From Promethearchaeia archaeon (GTDB lineage: Archaea; Asgardarchaeota; Lokiarchaeia; Sigyniarchaeales; SOKP01), in NCBI GenBank assembly GCA_029856145.1, contig JAHQWK010000001.1, positions 320,001 through 384,000 of the forward strand: a stretch of DNA of 64,000 nt, written 5' to 3'. Positions 48,229-58,402 of the stretch are shown here, piece after piece. The notes under the pieces were generated by a model that was not told the origin of the DNA, ran no database searches, and worked only from the letters and a program-made list of their open reading frames with translations. The number at the start of each line of letters is the position of its first letter. The stretch's first letter is position 1. The translations under genes were made by a program, and so were the position numbers.

Positions 48229-49863
48229 TTATACTAAAAAATTTAGATTTTCTCGAATTATTCTCTCTGTTGTTTCATTTAATAACATTTTTTCTCTTAA
48301 TTGTGAAATACCTAGCTGTATTCTCTTTTTTATGTTTGGATCTTTTATTAGGTTTTTCCTTTCGCAGGAAAATTCAAAATTTGAGCGAGTAGCCATATCA
48401 TTTTCAATTCTTTCATTTAATATATTCTTTAAATTAATGAATGCATCAGAAACATCTTCATAGATATTACTAGGGTCAATAGTGATAAATCCTGGGAATA
48501 CAATATTCATATATTCTTCCATGTTATCTTCATCTTCAATAAACATCGCATAAACGGGGATATAGATCCATTGTATAGGTCTTGAAAATAGATCTGATTG
48601 ATTATCATTGAGGGACCATCCAATTAATGCTTGAGCTTCTTGTAGACATATGTTTTGCTTTAATTGTATAATTTCCTTAATTTTCTCAAATGGGTTTTCT
48701 ATTTGAGTTTTCAAATTCTGTAACTCCGATATTTTTACTTGTTTTTCACTCTCAAATTCAGTTAATTGTTTATCTCTATCTTTTAGTTTTAAATGTAAAG
48801 ACTCCCTAAACTGCTCTAATTTTTGTTTTGTTTCAATATCAATTTGAGAAGCCCGGGTTTTTAACTCATAAAATTTTTGTTTTAGCGTTGTAAGGGCTTC
48901 CAAAAACTTATTTCCCTCTTCTGTTAGATAAGTAAATTGATTTTCAAAATGAGGTACGAGATCTTCGAAAATTCTACTTCTTAAAGAATCACTACTAGTA
49001 AAAAACTTATTTTTTTTAATTATTTCTTCAAGTTGTCTTTCAAATGTTTTAAATAGAGTAGATATATTTTCGATTATTCTCTTCTTTTCGTTAACATTCC
49101 ATTGATCAATTTTATCCTGCTCTAATTTTGTTTGTTCATCCACTTGAAATGTATCAATTGATGTGGATGTTTTGGAAATTTGACTAGAATACCTTGTATC
49201 TATATCCTTCAATTGAACATTCAGATCAATAAGCCATTTGCTCACTTCTTTATTTATTAATTCAATTTGAGTTTTCCATCTTAATGAGTTTCCCTTCATT
49301 GTATTTATTACTTGACGGTATTCTTCTGAGATATTTAATGCATTTTCCGTGGAAATATTTGCATCTAATACAGTGTAATCTGCAATTGGTTTATATTCAA
49401 TTAGAGGAATAATAGTTAATAACGTTTGAAGAAATTCTGGGTTAATTAAACCATCTATTTTAAGAGTGTGAAATTCAGATTCTTCTCCTTCACCAATTTC
49501 TTCAGCTTCTTTATCTTTATATGTTAAGATATCACTTAGTATATTCAATTGCTCAATTTTAGTTCTATTATCTATGTTTCTAAGAATATGACCAATTAAA
49601 GGTTGACGAGGAGGGTTAGAAAATCTCCCTAAATTCTTAAATAAATTCAAGCCATCTAGCATGATATGTGTACTAATTACTCCTTGGATACTCAAAATTG
49701 GCCAGAGAAGTCTTGAAAAGGAAATAATCTTTTTATTTTTCTCTAAATCTTTTGATAATAAATAAAATGCGAGAGCTAATTCATCATTACCTTGAATTGA
49801 AAGGGGAAGTGCTCCCTTTCTAATAAATAATGGTAATAAATATTGATTTCCGTGAACTGTCAT
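48229..49863 (-). CDS. Hypothetical protein with long central coiled coil
   Basis: 544 aa ORF; heptad-rich over roughly aa 175-410, with globular-looking termini. Confidence 0.75.
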   Translation of the reverse strand: MTVHGNQYLLPLFIRKGALPLSIQGNDELALAFYLLSKDLEKNKKIISFSRLLWPILSIQGVISTHIMLDGLNLFKNLGRFSNPPRQPLIGHILRNIDNRTKIEQLNILSDILTYKDKEAEEIGEGEESEFHTLKIDGLINPEFLQTLLTIIPLIEYKPIADYTVLDANISTENALNISEEYRQVINTMKGNSLRWKTQIELINKEVSKWLIDLNVQLKDIDTRYSSQISKTSTSIDTFQVDEQTKLEQDKIDQWNVNEKKRIIENISTLFKTFERQLEEIIKKNKFFTSSDSLRSRIFEDLVPHFENQFTYLTEEGNKFLEALTTLKQKFYELKTRASQIDIETKQKLEQFRESLHLKLKDRDKQLTEFESEKQVKISELQNLKTQIENPFEKIKEIIQLKQNICLQEAQALIGWSLNDNQSDLFSRPIQWIYIPVYAMFIEDEDNMEEYMNIVFPGFITIDPSNIYEDVSDAFINLKNILNERIENDMATRSNFEFSCERKNLIKDPNIKKRIQLGISQLREKMLLNETTERIIRENLNFLV

Positions 49864-50078
49864 GGATTTAATCTTGAATTTTTAATTATTTTCTTTATTA
49901 TATAATTCAAATATATTAAATGTAAAGATCTTCAGTTTTAAATTTTTAATCTTTTTTTGTTTAGGTTTACAAAAACTAGTGCATATGAAATAATTACTGC
50001 TCTGAAAGTTTATTTTTAATTAAATATCAGAAATATAATTGATTAAAAATAATTAAATGAATAAAAAAGAAATAAATT

Positions 50079-50939
50079 TCATTTAAGTTGTTCGTAATTA
50101 TTAGCTATTACCAATATAAGGAGTGCTAACAATATGATTAATGGTGGTAATATTGCTCTTACATGAGGTAAAGCAGCTACATCAAGCGCTCCTTGTAAAA
50201 GTCGTCCTCCGATAAAATAAAGAATAAATCCAATAGCATTTAAAGCATAAGATTTTCTTAACACACCAAAAGTTTTCCAAGCAAGATATAGAAAGATAAA
50301 CGGAATTAACGCAAGAAACGAAGGCATGAAAATGAAATTAAACAAAAATCTCCCTAAAGGATATTCCCAACCAAAAATATTTACTGTTATTAAGCTTGGA
50401 AGCGACGCATCAGGATAATCACCTACGAAATCTGGATCCATAAAAAGTCCATCCGATAATATCAATGCGAGTATTCCAATTATTATTGGAATTACTATTA
50501 GACTGATTCTAAGTAATATTCTTATATTATTTTTATTTTTTAACCAATCTTTCAATGAGAATCTTTTCTCTCCAGTTTGCTCTAATTGAGTATCGGGAGG
50601 AAATAAGAGAATTCCTAATACTCCAACAGCACAAGCAGTTCCTATCCAAGTAAAGAATGTAGCAAATCTGTAATTTAACATTAAAAATGCGACAACATCA
50701 TCACCGTTAGTACCAGTATAGAGTTCTGGAGCGAAAAAATAGTATACTATGAAGAATACTCGTGCAATTCCAAAACATAGAAAGAATAAGCTAAAAAATA
50801 ACCAATATGATTTCCTTGAAGTTCGAAATCTTATAAATAGGAAGTAAAAAAATAGTAAAAAGAAATATCCTACTATCACAAAATAAAGCCCCATTTCTAG
50901 TACTTCCCAGAAACTATATTGGAAATCTTGAAATATCAT
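50079..50939 (-). CDS. Polytopic membrane protein (~7 TM)
   Basis: About seven hydrophobic segments by inspection. Confidence 0.78.
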   Translation of the reverse strand: MIFQDFQYSFWEVLEMGLYFVIVGYFFLLFFYFLFIRFRTSRKSYWLFFSLFFLCFGIARVFFIVYYFFAPELYTGTNGDDVVAFLMLNYRFATFFTWIGTACAVGVLGILLFPPDTQLEQTGEKRFSLKDWLKNKNNIRILLRISLIVIPIIIGILALILSDGLFMDPDFVGDYPDASLPSLITVNIFGWEYPLGRFLFNFIFMPSFLALIPFIFLYLAWKTFGVLRKSYALNAIGFILYFIGGRLLQGALDVAALPHVRAILPPLIILLALLILVIANNYEQLK

Positions 50940-51069
50940 AATCAGTCAATTTTATTTTTAACTTTAAAAAAAATATAATAATATTATTATATTCCTATTA
51001 TAAAAATTTATTTTTATTTACTTGTAATATCTTAAAATACAAATATTATAATACACTTTTTAATATTGT

Positions 51070-52569
51070 ATGAAAATTGAGGATAACATAGAAACATTCA
51101 ATTCATTAGTTAAACGACGAGGATTTATTTGGGGGCCTTCCCCAGAAATTTATGGTGGTCTCGCAGGCTTTTATTCTTATGGCCCAGCTGGAATGTCTCT
51201 TAAGAATAATATATTAAATCTATTTAGGCGAGAATTACGTTATTTTGGATTCGGAGAAGTTGAATGTCCAACGATTTTGCCTGAAATTGTATGGATAGCA
51301 TCTGGACATTTAGAACGTTTTATTGATCCTGTTATTAAATGCGATAAATGTAGTACCCTATATAGGGCGGATAAATTCCTTCAAGAAAGGCTTCCAGATC
51401 TTATGATAGATGGCATATCAATTCAAGAGATGGAGGATTTAATTCAGAAAAACAATTTATTATGCCCAAAATGCGATACTGCTTTTACTAAAATAGAAGA
51501 ATATAATCTAATGTTAAAAACACAAGTGGGAAATAACGTTACTGCGTATTTAAGGCCAGAAACAGCCACAACAACGTATTTATTATTCAACCGTTTAGAT
51601 CAAAATGCAAGACGACAATATCCAATTAAAGTTTACCAATTTGGAAAAGTTTATCGGAATGAAATCTCTCCACGACAAGGTGTTCTTCGAATGAGAGCAT
51701 TTGATCAATTTGAACTGCAGATGTTTATAGGTAAACAACAAGAAATGGCATTTGAAGATTATGAGGAATTTAAAAAGGAAACTTTACCACTATTAGATTG
51801 GCAACTTCAAGAGAAGAAAATTGATAAACCGCAAATAATTTCACTAGAAAAAGCAATTAAAACTAATCTTCTTAAAAAGCCAGCATACGCATATTGTCTT
51901 TATGTCACTTACTATTTAACTAAAATACTGGGGATTCCAGAAGAGGTTATTAGATTTAGACAGCATTCAATAAACGAACGCGCTCACTATGCTGATGATG
52001 CTTGGGATTTGGAAATAAAAACAAAACAATTTGGATGGGTCGAAATTTGTGGGGTTCACGACAGGACAGATTATGATTTAAGAAGACATGCAGAATTTTC
52101 GAAGCAAAACTTTGAAGTGAATATAAGTCCTGATTCAAATGTTAAAGAAATCCCCCACGTTCTTGAAATCGCATTTGGAATTGATAGAATTATCTACACT
52201 TTACTTGAAACATCTTTTAAAGTAGAAGAAGGAAGAATTAATTTGAAACTAAAACCACCGTTAGCTCCGAATACCGTGGCTGTCTTTCCACTCGTTAAAA
52301 ATAAAGAAAATATTAGAACCTTGGCCTTAAAAGTTCATAGAGATTTATTAGAAAATCGTATCAACTCATTTTTTGATGTTGCAGGTTCTATAGGAAAAAG
52401 ATATCGAAGACAAGACGAAATTGGTACAACATATTGTATTACAATTGACTATGAATCTTTAGAAGATAATTCAGTAACTATTAGATTTAGAGATTCAATG
52501 AAACAAGAACGAGTTAAAATTAATGAATTGGTAGAGATCTTGAGAAACAAACTTAGAACCTTTAAGTAA
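51070..52569 (+). CDS. glyS: Glycine--tRNA ligase, alpha2 (archaeal/eukaryotic type)
   Basis: EIYGG, SGH..RF.DP, LRPETA, RNEISPRQG.LR.R.F.Q.E, AHYA, SIGKRYRRQDEIGT anticodon domain. Confidence 0.96.
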   Translation: MKIEDNIETFNSLVKRRGFIWGPSPEIYGGLAGFYSYGPAGMSLKNNILNLFRRELRYFGFGEVECPTILPEIVWIASGHLERFIDPVIKCDKCSTLYRADKFLQERLPDLMIDGISIQEMEDLIQKNNLLCPKCDTAFTKIEEYNLMLKTQVGNNVTAYLRPETATTTYLLFNRLDQNARRQYPIKVYQFGKVYRNEISPRQGVLRMRAFDQFELQMFIGKQQEMAFEDYEEFKKETLPLLDWQLQEKKIDKPQIISLEKAIKTNLLKKPAYAYCLYVTYYLTKILGIPEEVIRFRQHSINERAHYADDAWDLEIKTKQFGWVEICGVHDRTDYDLRRHAEFSKQNFEVNISPDSNVKEIPHVLEIAFGIDRIIYTLLETSFKVEEGRINLKLKPPLAPNTVAVFPLVKNKENIRTLALKVHRDLLENRINSFFDVAGSIGKRYRRQDEIGTTYCITIDYESLEDNSVTIRFRDSMKQERVKINELVEILRNKLRTFK

Positions 52570-52797
52570 GTTAAGGTAACGAGAATTCTTCCTTTTAAAA
52601 ATTCTAAATCTTTGTTAATTAACTTCAATATATAAATCTATATTATAAAGAAGAGAATCAAATCTTAAACAATTGATAAATATTGTGATCTATTTGAAAC
52701 TGTCAGAAAAAATTTTAAAGAGAAGGAATTTTTTACAAATATAATTTAAAAAGTAAATTTCAGTAAATACTTATTTGATTTCTTTATTTACAATAAA

Positions 52798-55584
52798 ATG
52801 AAATTTTTTAATTTATTCGATATTGGAAAGAGAAAAAACCAGAAAAAGCAAGGTATAAAATTATTAATTTGCTTATTTTTTACATTTATAATTTTACTGA
52901 ATTTTTTATTTATTACCAATAATAATCATAAAATTATATCTTCCGAGGAGAACTTCTTCCCAAATAATTTCAATAACAATTCAACTATTAATAACCTACA
53001 AACAAGCTCCCCAATTTCAATCCTTCAGGACCCATTTACAAAAAATTTTGATCAAGTACGCCAATTTTTCGAGAATAACTATCAATCAAGTTTAGATTTT
53101 GATATTTCTATGTATTATAGATACGGAGATACTGATGGCGATATTACTGACGATAGAATTTTTTCAGAAGATAATTTACTCTATTATAAGTCATTAATGC
53201 AAACGGAAATAAATGATATTGAAACATATGAGATTTATTTAGATTTAAAAGATACTACTCTGTGGTATGAGGGTAATACTGATGAATACAAATATGGCTT
53301 TGTTAGATCGATTGATGATACTGGGGAAATAAAGAACGACAAAAGGTTTTTAAATGATAATTTAATGCCAATTTTCCTGTTAATTGAAAATATTGGTGAT
53401 GATATTAATAGTTTCGCTGTTAGGGGAACAATTCCAAGGCATTCCATTAATGAAATGTTCCATCTAGTAAATTCTTCTCAATTTTGGGATGATAGATATA
53501 ATTATAATGGATTTTACAATTACAATTCTTCAAATACTAAGTATGCTGAAAGTAATTTTTATGCCATTCTAGCAAACCTCTTAATTCATCGAAGTTACCA
53601 AAATCTCGGTTTAGAACAAGTTATTCGAGATCGTGCTTATGAACTAGCAAATCTAACTATAGTTGACATGGTTGACAACGAGTATATGTGGGACGCATCA
53701 TATAAAGCCTTTTACCATGATGCTAATAGTAATTGGGATACGTCTCTTGCGGGACAAAAATCTTATCACTTAAGTACAAATGCTTTAGGTATAATTACAT
53801 TATTAGAATTTTGGGTTGAATCTGGTATGGCAAATGATTCAATATATTATGAAAATGCTATTGATCTTTATAGAAAGCTTGATTATTTATATGATAACGG
53901 TCTTTATAAGAAAATTGCTACTCCTCAATGGACTAGTATATCTGACCATAATAAAGACCTTGCAGATAACGCTTTGATGATGAGTGCTTGTTTGAAGTTA
54001 TTTGAAGTTACAGGAAATATAACATACTATAATAGGGCATTAAAAATATACAATTCTATTGAAGATAATCTATATGACAATATTAATACTGCTTATAATT
54101 TTTCTTTTACAAACACTACTAAATCATTTCACTCAAATCTTAAATTGGGTGATACATATTTAGATGCTTTTATGATCTATAGTAGCACAGTTTTAAACAC
54201 CGTTTATAATGTATCAGGAGAAGTACCCGATTTTATTTTTAATCAAGATAATATGAATTTAACTTCGGTTTATTCATTTAAAAAAATTGGTCAATATTTT
54301 AACCCAGAAAATGGCTCTTATGGGCTTTATACCGTACGATATGATCTTACTAACTTTAGTATTAATTATATTTTTAAATACCCTAATGGGACTTTCTTTT
54401 ATGAGTTTGGAGATTTTATTGGAGATCCTGAAACTTCCTATACTCTTTTATATGACATTGAGGACACTCTCCCTATAAGTGATGGATATTTTATTTATTT
54501 GTGGGCCAACACATCTTATTTCAAATTGACTGATACCATAAAACACTTTAATGTTATTTCTGGATTATTTAGTGAGTCAATTCAGGGATTACCACGAATT
54601 CTATATCATGGACCAATTGTGAATGTATCTATAAATATCAACTATAACCGTAGTGAAGAATCAGTATTGACAGCATCTTTAGAAGGGCAAGATATTGTAA
54701 ATTACCCATCTCAAGAGATTAATTTTACAGCTTTTCAAGAAACTCGAATAGATTTTAACCTCACAGCTAAATTTGATGCTGAACCCGGAAGTAGTGAAAT
54801 ATCTTTCAAAATTAAAAAGGGTAATGTAGTTTATTTAGAAATAATAAAGATAATAGAAATTGGATACTCATTTGATTATAGCAACTTTCTTTATCAAAAT
54901 ACAGTAGTTAAAGGAGATATTATATTTTTATCTATGACATTGAAAAATTTTCTCCCAAATGCAACCCAATCTTTAAATGTGAGTTTTACAGGAATTACAG
55001 AAGACTCCATTGAAGATTTTATACAAGAGGAAACATTAAGTGAAAATGAAATAAGAACTGTGTCATATTACTTAAGAACTTTAGAATCTATATCAAATAA
55101 TACAATTAAGATAAAAATGGAAATTTTAATTAACGCTACGAAATATTATTCGAGAATCTTTAAAGTTGAAATAATACCAAAATTTGAGATTTTAAGTACT
55201 ACTTTCCCTGATACAATACCTCAAGGCGAAACGGCTTATTTAATTGTTATTATCCAAAACAATCAAGCAAACCCAGAAGTATTTTCATTATATATAAATA
55301 ACGTAAAACAAAGAACTAATATTGTTGAGTTGAATACAGGGGAAAACATAATTATAGCAAGTTTAGTACCCACTATTAATCCTTATGAATTTGGGATAAA
55401 GAAATATAGAGTTGTTTTAAAGGATAGTAAAGATGCCGAAATTGCTTTACTTTATTTTGAACTAACTCTTGAATTATCAAGTTTAAATCTAATTTTATTC
55501 TATATCTTGCCTATTGTAGCACCTATCGGAATTATTTTGTATTTTAAAAATAAATATATTAAACATAAGAAATTAAGAAGATGA
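52798..55584 (+). CDS. Large membrane-anchored extracellular protein: (alpha/alpha)6-like N-domain + beta-rich Ig-like domains + C-terminal TM
   Basis: N-terminal hydrophobic segment, repeats such as FWD...GFY, MWD...AFY and L.DNA, beta-rich C-half, C-terminal TM + KKLRR, many NxS/T sequons. Confidence 0.72.
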   Translation: MKFFNLFDIGKRKNQKKQGIKLLICLFFTFIILLNFLFITNNNHKIISSEENFFPNNFNNNSTINNLQTSSPISILQDPFTKNFDQVRQFFENNYQSSLDFDISMYYRYGDTDGDITDDRIFSEDNLLYYKSLMQTEINDIETYEIYLDLKDTTLWYEGNTDEYKYGFVRSIDDTGEIKNDKRFLNDNLMPIFLLIENIGDDINSFAVRGTIPRHSINEMFHLVNSSQFWDDRYNYNGFYNYNSSNTKYAESNFYAILANLLIHRSYQNLGLEQVIRDRAYELANLTIVDMVDNEYMWDASYKAFYHDANSNWDTSLAGQKSYHLSTNALGIITLLEFWVESGMANDSIYYENAIDLYRKLDYLYDNGLYKKIATPQWTSISDHNKDLADNALMMSACLKLFEVTGNITYYNRALKIYNSIEDNLYDNINTAYNFSFTNTTKSFHSNLKLGDTYLDAFMIYSSTVLNTVYNVSGEVPDFIFNQDNMNLTSVYSFKKIGQYFNPENGSYGLYTVRYDLTNFSINYIFKYPNGTFFYEFGDFIGDPETSYTLLYDIEDTLPISDGYFIYLWANTSYFKLTDTIKHFNVISGLFSESIQGLPRILYHGPIVNVSININYNRSEESVLTASLEGQDIVNYPSQEINFTAFQETRIDFNLTAKFDAEPGSSEISFKIKKGNVVYLEIIKIIEIGYSFDYSNFLYQNTVVKGDIIFLSMTLKNFLPNATQSLNVSFTGITEDSIEDFIQEETLSENEIRTVSYYLRTLESISNNTIKIKMEILINATKYYSRIFKVEIIPKFEILSTTFPDTIPQGETAYLIVIIQNNQANPEVFSLYINNVKQRTNIVELNTGENIIIASLVPTINPYEFGIKKYRVVLKDSKDAEIALLYFELTLELSSLNLILFYILPIVAPIGIILYFKNKYIKHKKLRR

Positions 55585-55591
55585 GGATATT

Positions 55592-57289
55592 TTGGTAACA
55601 AGACGAGTTCAAAATAAAGCTTTAATTTTATTCATTGTCATGAGCTTTTTTTTAGGTTTTGCAAGTATTTCATTAAATAATTCACAAGTAATTAATTATA
55701 CTCAAAATATGGAACAAAAAATGCCTGAAATTGCTCAACCCGCCTTATCATATGGGGCGATATCGCAAAATGCTACAAGAATATATCGTTTGTTTGAATC
55801 AGTTAATTTCACGATAAATACATTTAATTTAGGTGATTCAGATTACGCAAAAATGCAAATATCATTTAGCAATAGTTCAACTAAATTTTTCGACATGATA
55901 TTTATAGGTAATAATAAATTCAGGTGTGAATATAGACCAGAGTACAATGCACCGTTAGGATTTCAGAACGTAAGTTTTCTAGTTTATAATGACACTCAAT
56001 TAATAAATTCACATACTACTTACACGAATTTCACAATTGATACAAATTATATGGTAAACCTTTATGACGAATTATATGAAATTAGTTTTGAATATTACAT
56101 TGAAGACATATTAAATGCACATATAAAAGTGTGTAATTTAAGTAATTATGACTTTACTTGGAATACAACTATTGTTGATAGTTTAGATGAATCAGTTCAA
56201 AATAAAACAATAAGTTTTGAGAGAAATATTGTTCAGTTCACTGTTCCGTTAAAAAATGAGACTTTCAGAAAAAACCAATTCTATTATATCCAATTAAATA
56301 TGACTGATAAAAATTTGGGGAGAAAAAAAACTGCCTATTTTCCTTTTTATGTAAGAAATAATCAACCAATAATTGCTTCACCTATCAATTTGTCTCCTGA
56401 AGAAGTATTTAGAACAGATGATTTTACAATCTCATTTAATGCCACCGATATTGAGAGTAAATCAGAAGATCTGATACCATGGATGTATATTTATGATGCC
56501 GAAGGTGAACTAGTACGTCATAATAGAATAGCATTTGATAGTAATAATTTTTTCTCAGAAACTTTTAATATTCCTGCAGATAGCCCTATTGGTAAATATA
56601 GAGTTAACGTGACACTTACTGACACACATGGCGCATTTTCATCAAAAGTAATTTTTCTTACTGTTAAAAATAACGCACCTGAAATTCATTCTTATAGCAT
56701 TAATGGATTAAACATGGATCAAACTATTTCTATATTTTATGGCAGAAACTTAGTTTTTTCTTTTAATGTATCTGACACTGAAGGAGTAGCATATGTTAAG
56801 GTTGCCTTATTAAATGAAAATAATGAATGGTTTAATATTACACGAACCTATATCGGAGAAAACACTGAAATTACTATTAGAACTTTCGATTTAATTGATG
56901 GGATTTGGTATGTATATATTTATGTCATAGATTCAGATGGTACAGTTATAAGTCTTACTGATGACTATGATAAAGCGCCTCAAGGAATAAGAATAATCCC
57001 AGATATTATAAGTTATTATTTACCATGGATCTTATTTTTTGGTGGAATAAGTTTTGGGCTCCTTTTGGGTATTGTTGCTGCCTATAGTTATTTCAAATCA
57101 AGAGGAGAACCTCAAAGAATTACACCTAAGAAGAAAGAAATGTCCGCTAAAAAGCCAAGTATTAAGAAAAAATTAAAAGCAAAACCTATTAAAGAGGAAC
57201 CTGAGAAGAAAGAAATTGAAGAATTGAAACCTGAGAAGGAAAAAGAAAAAGAAGAAGTTCCTCAAAGAAAAATAAAAAGAAAATTATAA
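55592..57289 (+). CDS. Membrane-anchored Ig/cadherin-like surface protein with K/E-rich tail
   Basis: Signal-like N-terminus, V.NN.P domain linkers, SFNATD.E / SFNVSD.E, G.Y.V...D..G, TM near aa 475-500, highly charged tail. Confidence 0.75.
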   Translation: MVTRRVQNKALILFIVMSFFLGFASISLNNSQVINYTQNMEQKMPEIAQPALSYGAISQNATRIYRLFESVNFTINTFNLGDSDYAKMQISFSNSSTKFFDMIFIGNNKFRCEYRPEYNAPLGFQNVSFLVYNDTQLINSHTTYTNFTIDTNYMVNLYDELYEISFEYYIEDILNAHIKVCNLSNYDFTWNTTIVDSLDESVQNKTISFERNIVQFTVPLKNETFRKNQFYYIQLNMTDKNLGRKKTAYFPFYVRNNQPIIASPINLSPEEVFRTDDFTISFNATDIESKSEDLIPWMYIYDAEGELVRHNRIAFDSNNFFSETFNIPADSPIGKYRVNVTLTDTHGAFSSKVIFLTVKNNAPEIHSYSINGLNMDQTISIFYGRNLVFSFNVSDTEGVAYVKVALLNENNEWFNITRTYIGENTEITIRTFDLIDGIWYVYIYVIDSDGTVISLTDDYDKAPQGIRIIPDIISYYLPWILFFGGISFGLLLGIVAAYSYFKSRGEPQRITPKKKEMSAKKPSIKKKLKAKPIKEEPEKKEIEELKPEKEKEKEEVPQRKIKRKL

Positions 57290-57319
57290 ATTCTTGTTTA
57301 ATCTCTTTTTTTATTTTTG

Positions 57320-58231
57320 TTAACTTAAAATATCGTAAAGTCGATATTGAAATTTACCAAGTGTTCCCCCGTAATTACCTGCGGATATACGATTTATCCC
57401 TGAAACTTTTACTGCGGCTTCAATTCCTAATTTTATTGCTTTTTTAATAGCTTCTTCAGTAGCGCCATCAAGAACAATTTCGTAAACACAGTTATCTCCT
57501 TCTCTTAATTCTGAATCTTCTATTTTATTTTTAAGAGTTGGACAATACTTTTGATTAGTAGAAGCCCGCATAAATTCATACTTTGATCCAACTTTAGATC
57601 CAGAACGTACAATACCACCAGGGAATGGCGCAATTACATTAGGAATATCTTTAATTGCTTCCATTGAATTTTCAGCTGCTTCTAAAGCAGAACCTTGATC
57701 TTTTCCAATAATTAAGAAATTACCACCAGCTATTCCTTTTCCCACTTTAAAAGAGCTTTGAACAATAAATTCACCCTCCATAACGGGAATTTTAAAAACT
57801 TCAAATGGATAAATACCTTCAAGTTTTTCTTGGAATCCATCACCAAAAAATTTTAAATTATTACCAGATTTTACTTCAAATTCCTTAGAACGATCAAGGG
57901 AGTCAATTAGAGCATCAAAACATGCAGTTGTAGGGCAGGTTAGAACACATTCACCAATTCGATGTGTTAAAACCATACTCATCTCATCTTTTTTGTTCTT
58001 AAAAAACATTAATATTACTCCTGGGCGTTTATCTGGGGTATTTTCCGCATTAACAAAAAGATCAATTCCAGCTTCAGCATCGCAACCAATTGTTGATGTA
58101 CCATACCCAGTTGCTTCCTGAGCAGCTATCGTAGTCCATCTCTTATTCCTTGCTGTCACTAAAACTCGAGTAAAAACAGTTCCAAAAGCTTCACAGAAAG
58201 TATCTTCAATCTCCACACCATTAATCTCCAT
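57320..58231 (-). CDS. ftr: Formylmethanofuran--tetrahydromethanopterin formyltransferase
   Basis: IEDTFCEAF, TPDKRPG, RIGECVLTCPTT, GGNF, PFPGG.VRSGSKVGS, ISAGNYGG.LG. Confidence 0.95.
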   Translation of the reverse strand: MEINGVEIEDTFCEAFGTVFTRVLVTARNKRWTTIAAQEATGYGTSTIGCDAEAGIDLFVNAENTPDKRPGVILMFFKNKKDEMSMVLTHRIGECVLTCPTTACFDALIDSLDRSKEFEVKSGNNLKFFGDGFQEKLEGIYPFEVFKIPVMEGEFIVQSSFKVGKGIAGGNFLIIGKDQGSALEAAENSMEAIKDIPNVIAPFPGGIVRSGSKVGSKYEFMRASTNQKYCPTLKNKIEDSELREGDNCVYEIVLDGATEEAIKKAIKLGIEAAVKVSGINRISAGNYGGTLGKFQYRLYDILS

Positions 58232-58402
58232 TTTGAATAATTCACCTTAAAATTGTAATTTTTTTTTTTTTTATATAATTTGTATTTACTAATAGAGTTC
58301 CTTGTTTTATAAAATTTAAAACAAAAAATAAAAACATTGAAAAATTGTAAGGTTATATAACTTAAATTTTAAAATTCGAATTAATAAAAAAGCTTGTTAA
58401 AA

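Noticed and set aside
52581-52735. Imperfect ~20-bp inverted repeat pair (possible MITE)
   Set aside because: Only about 16/20 matches in very AT-rich DNA, with no target-site duplication or second copy seen.
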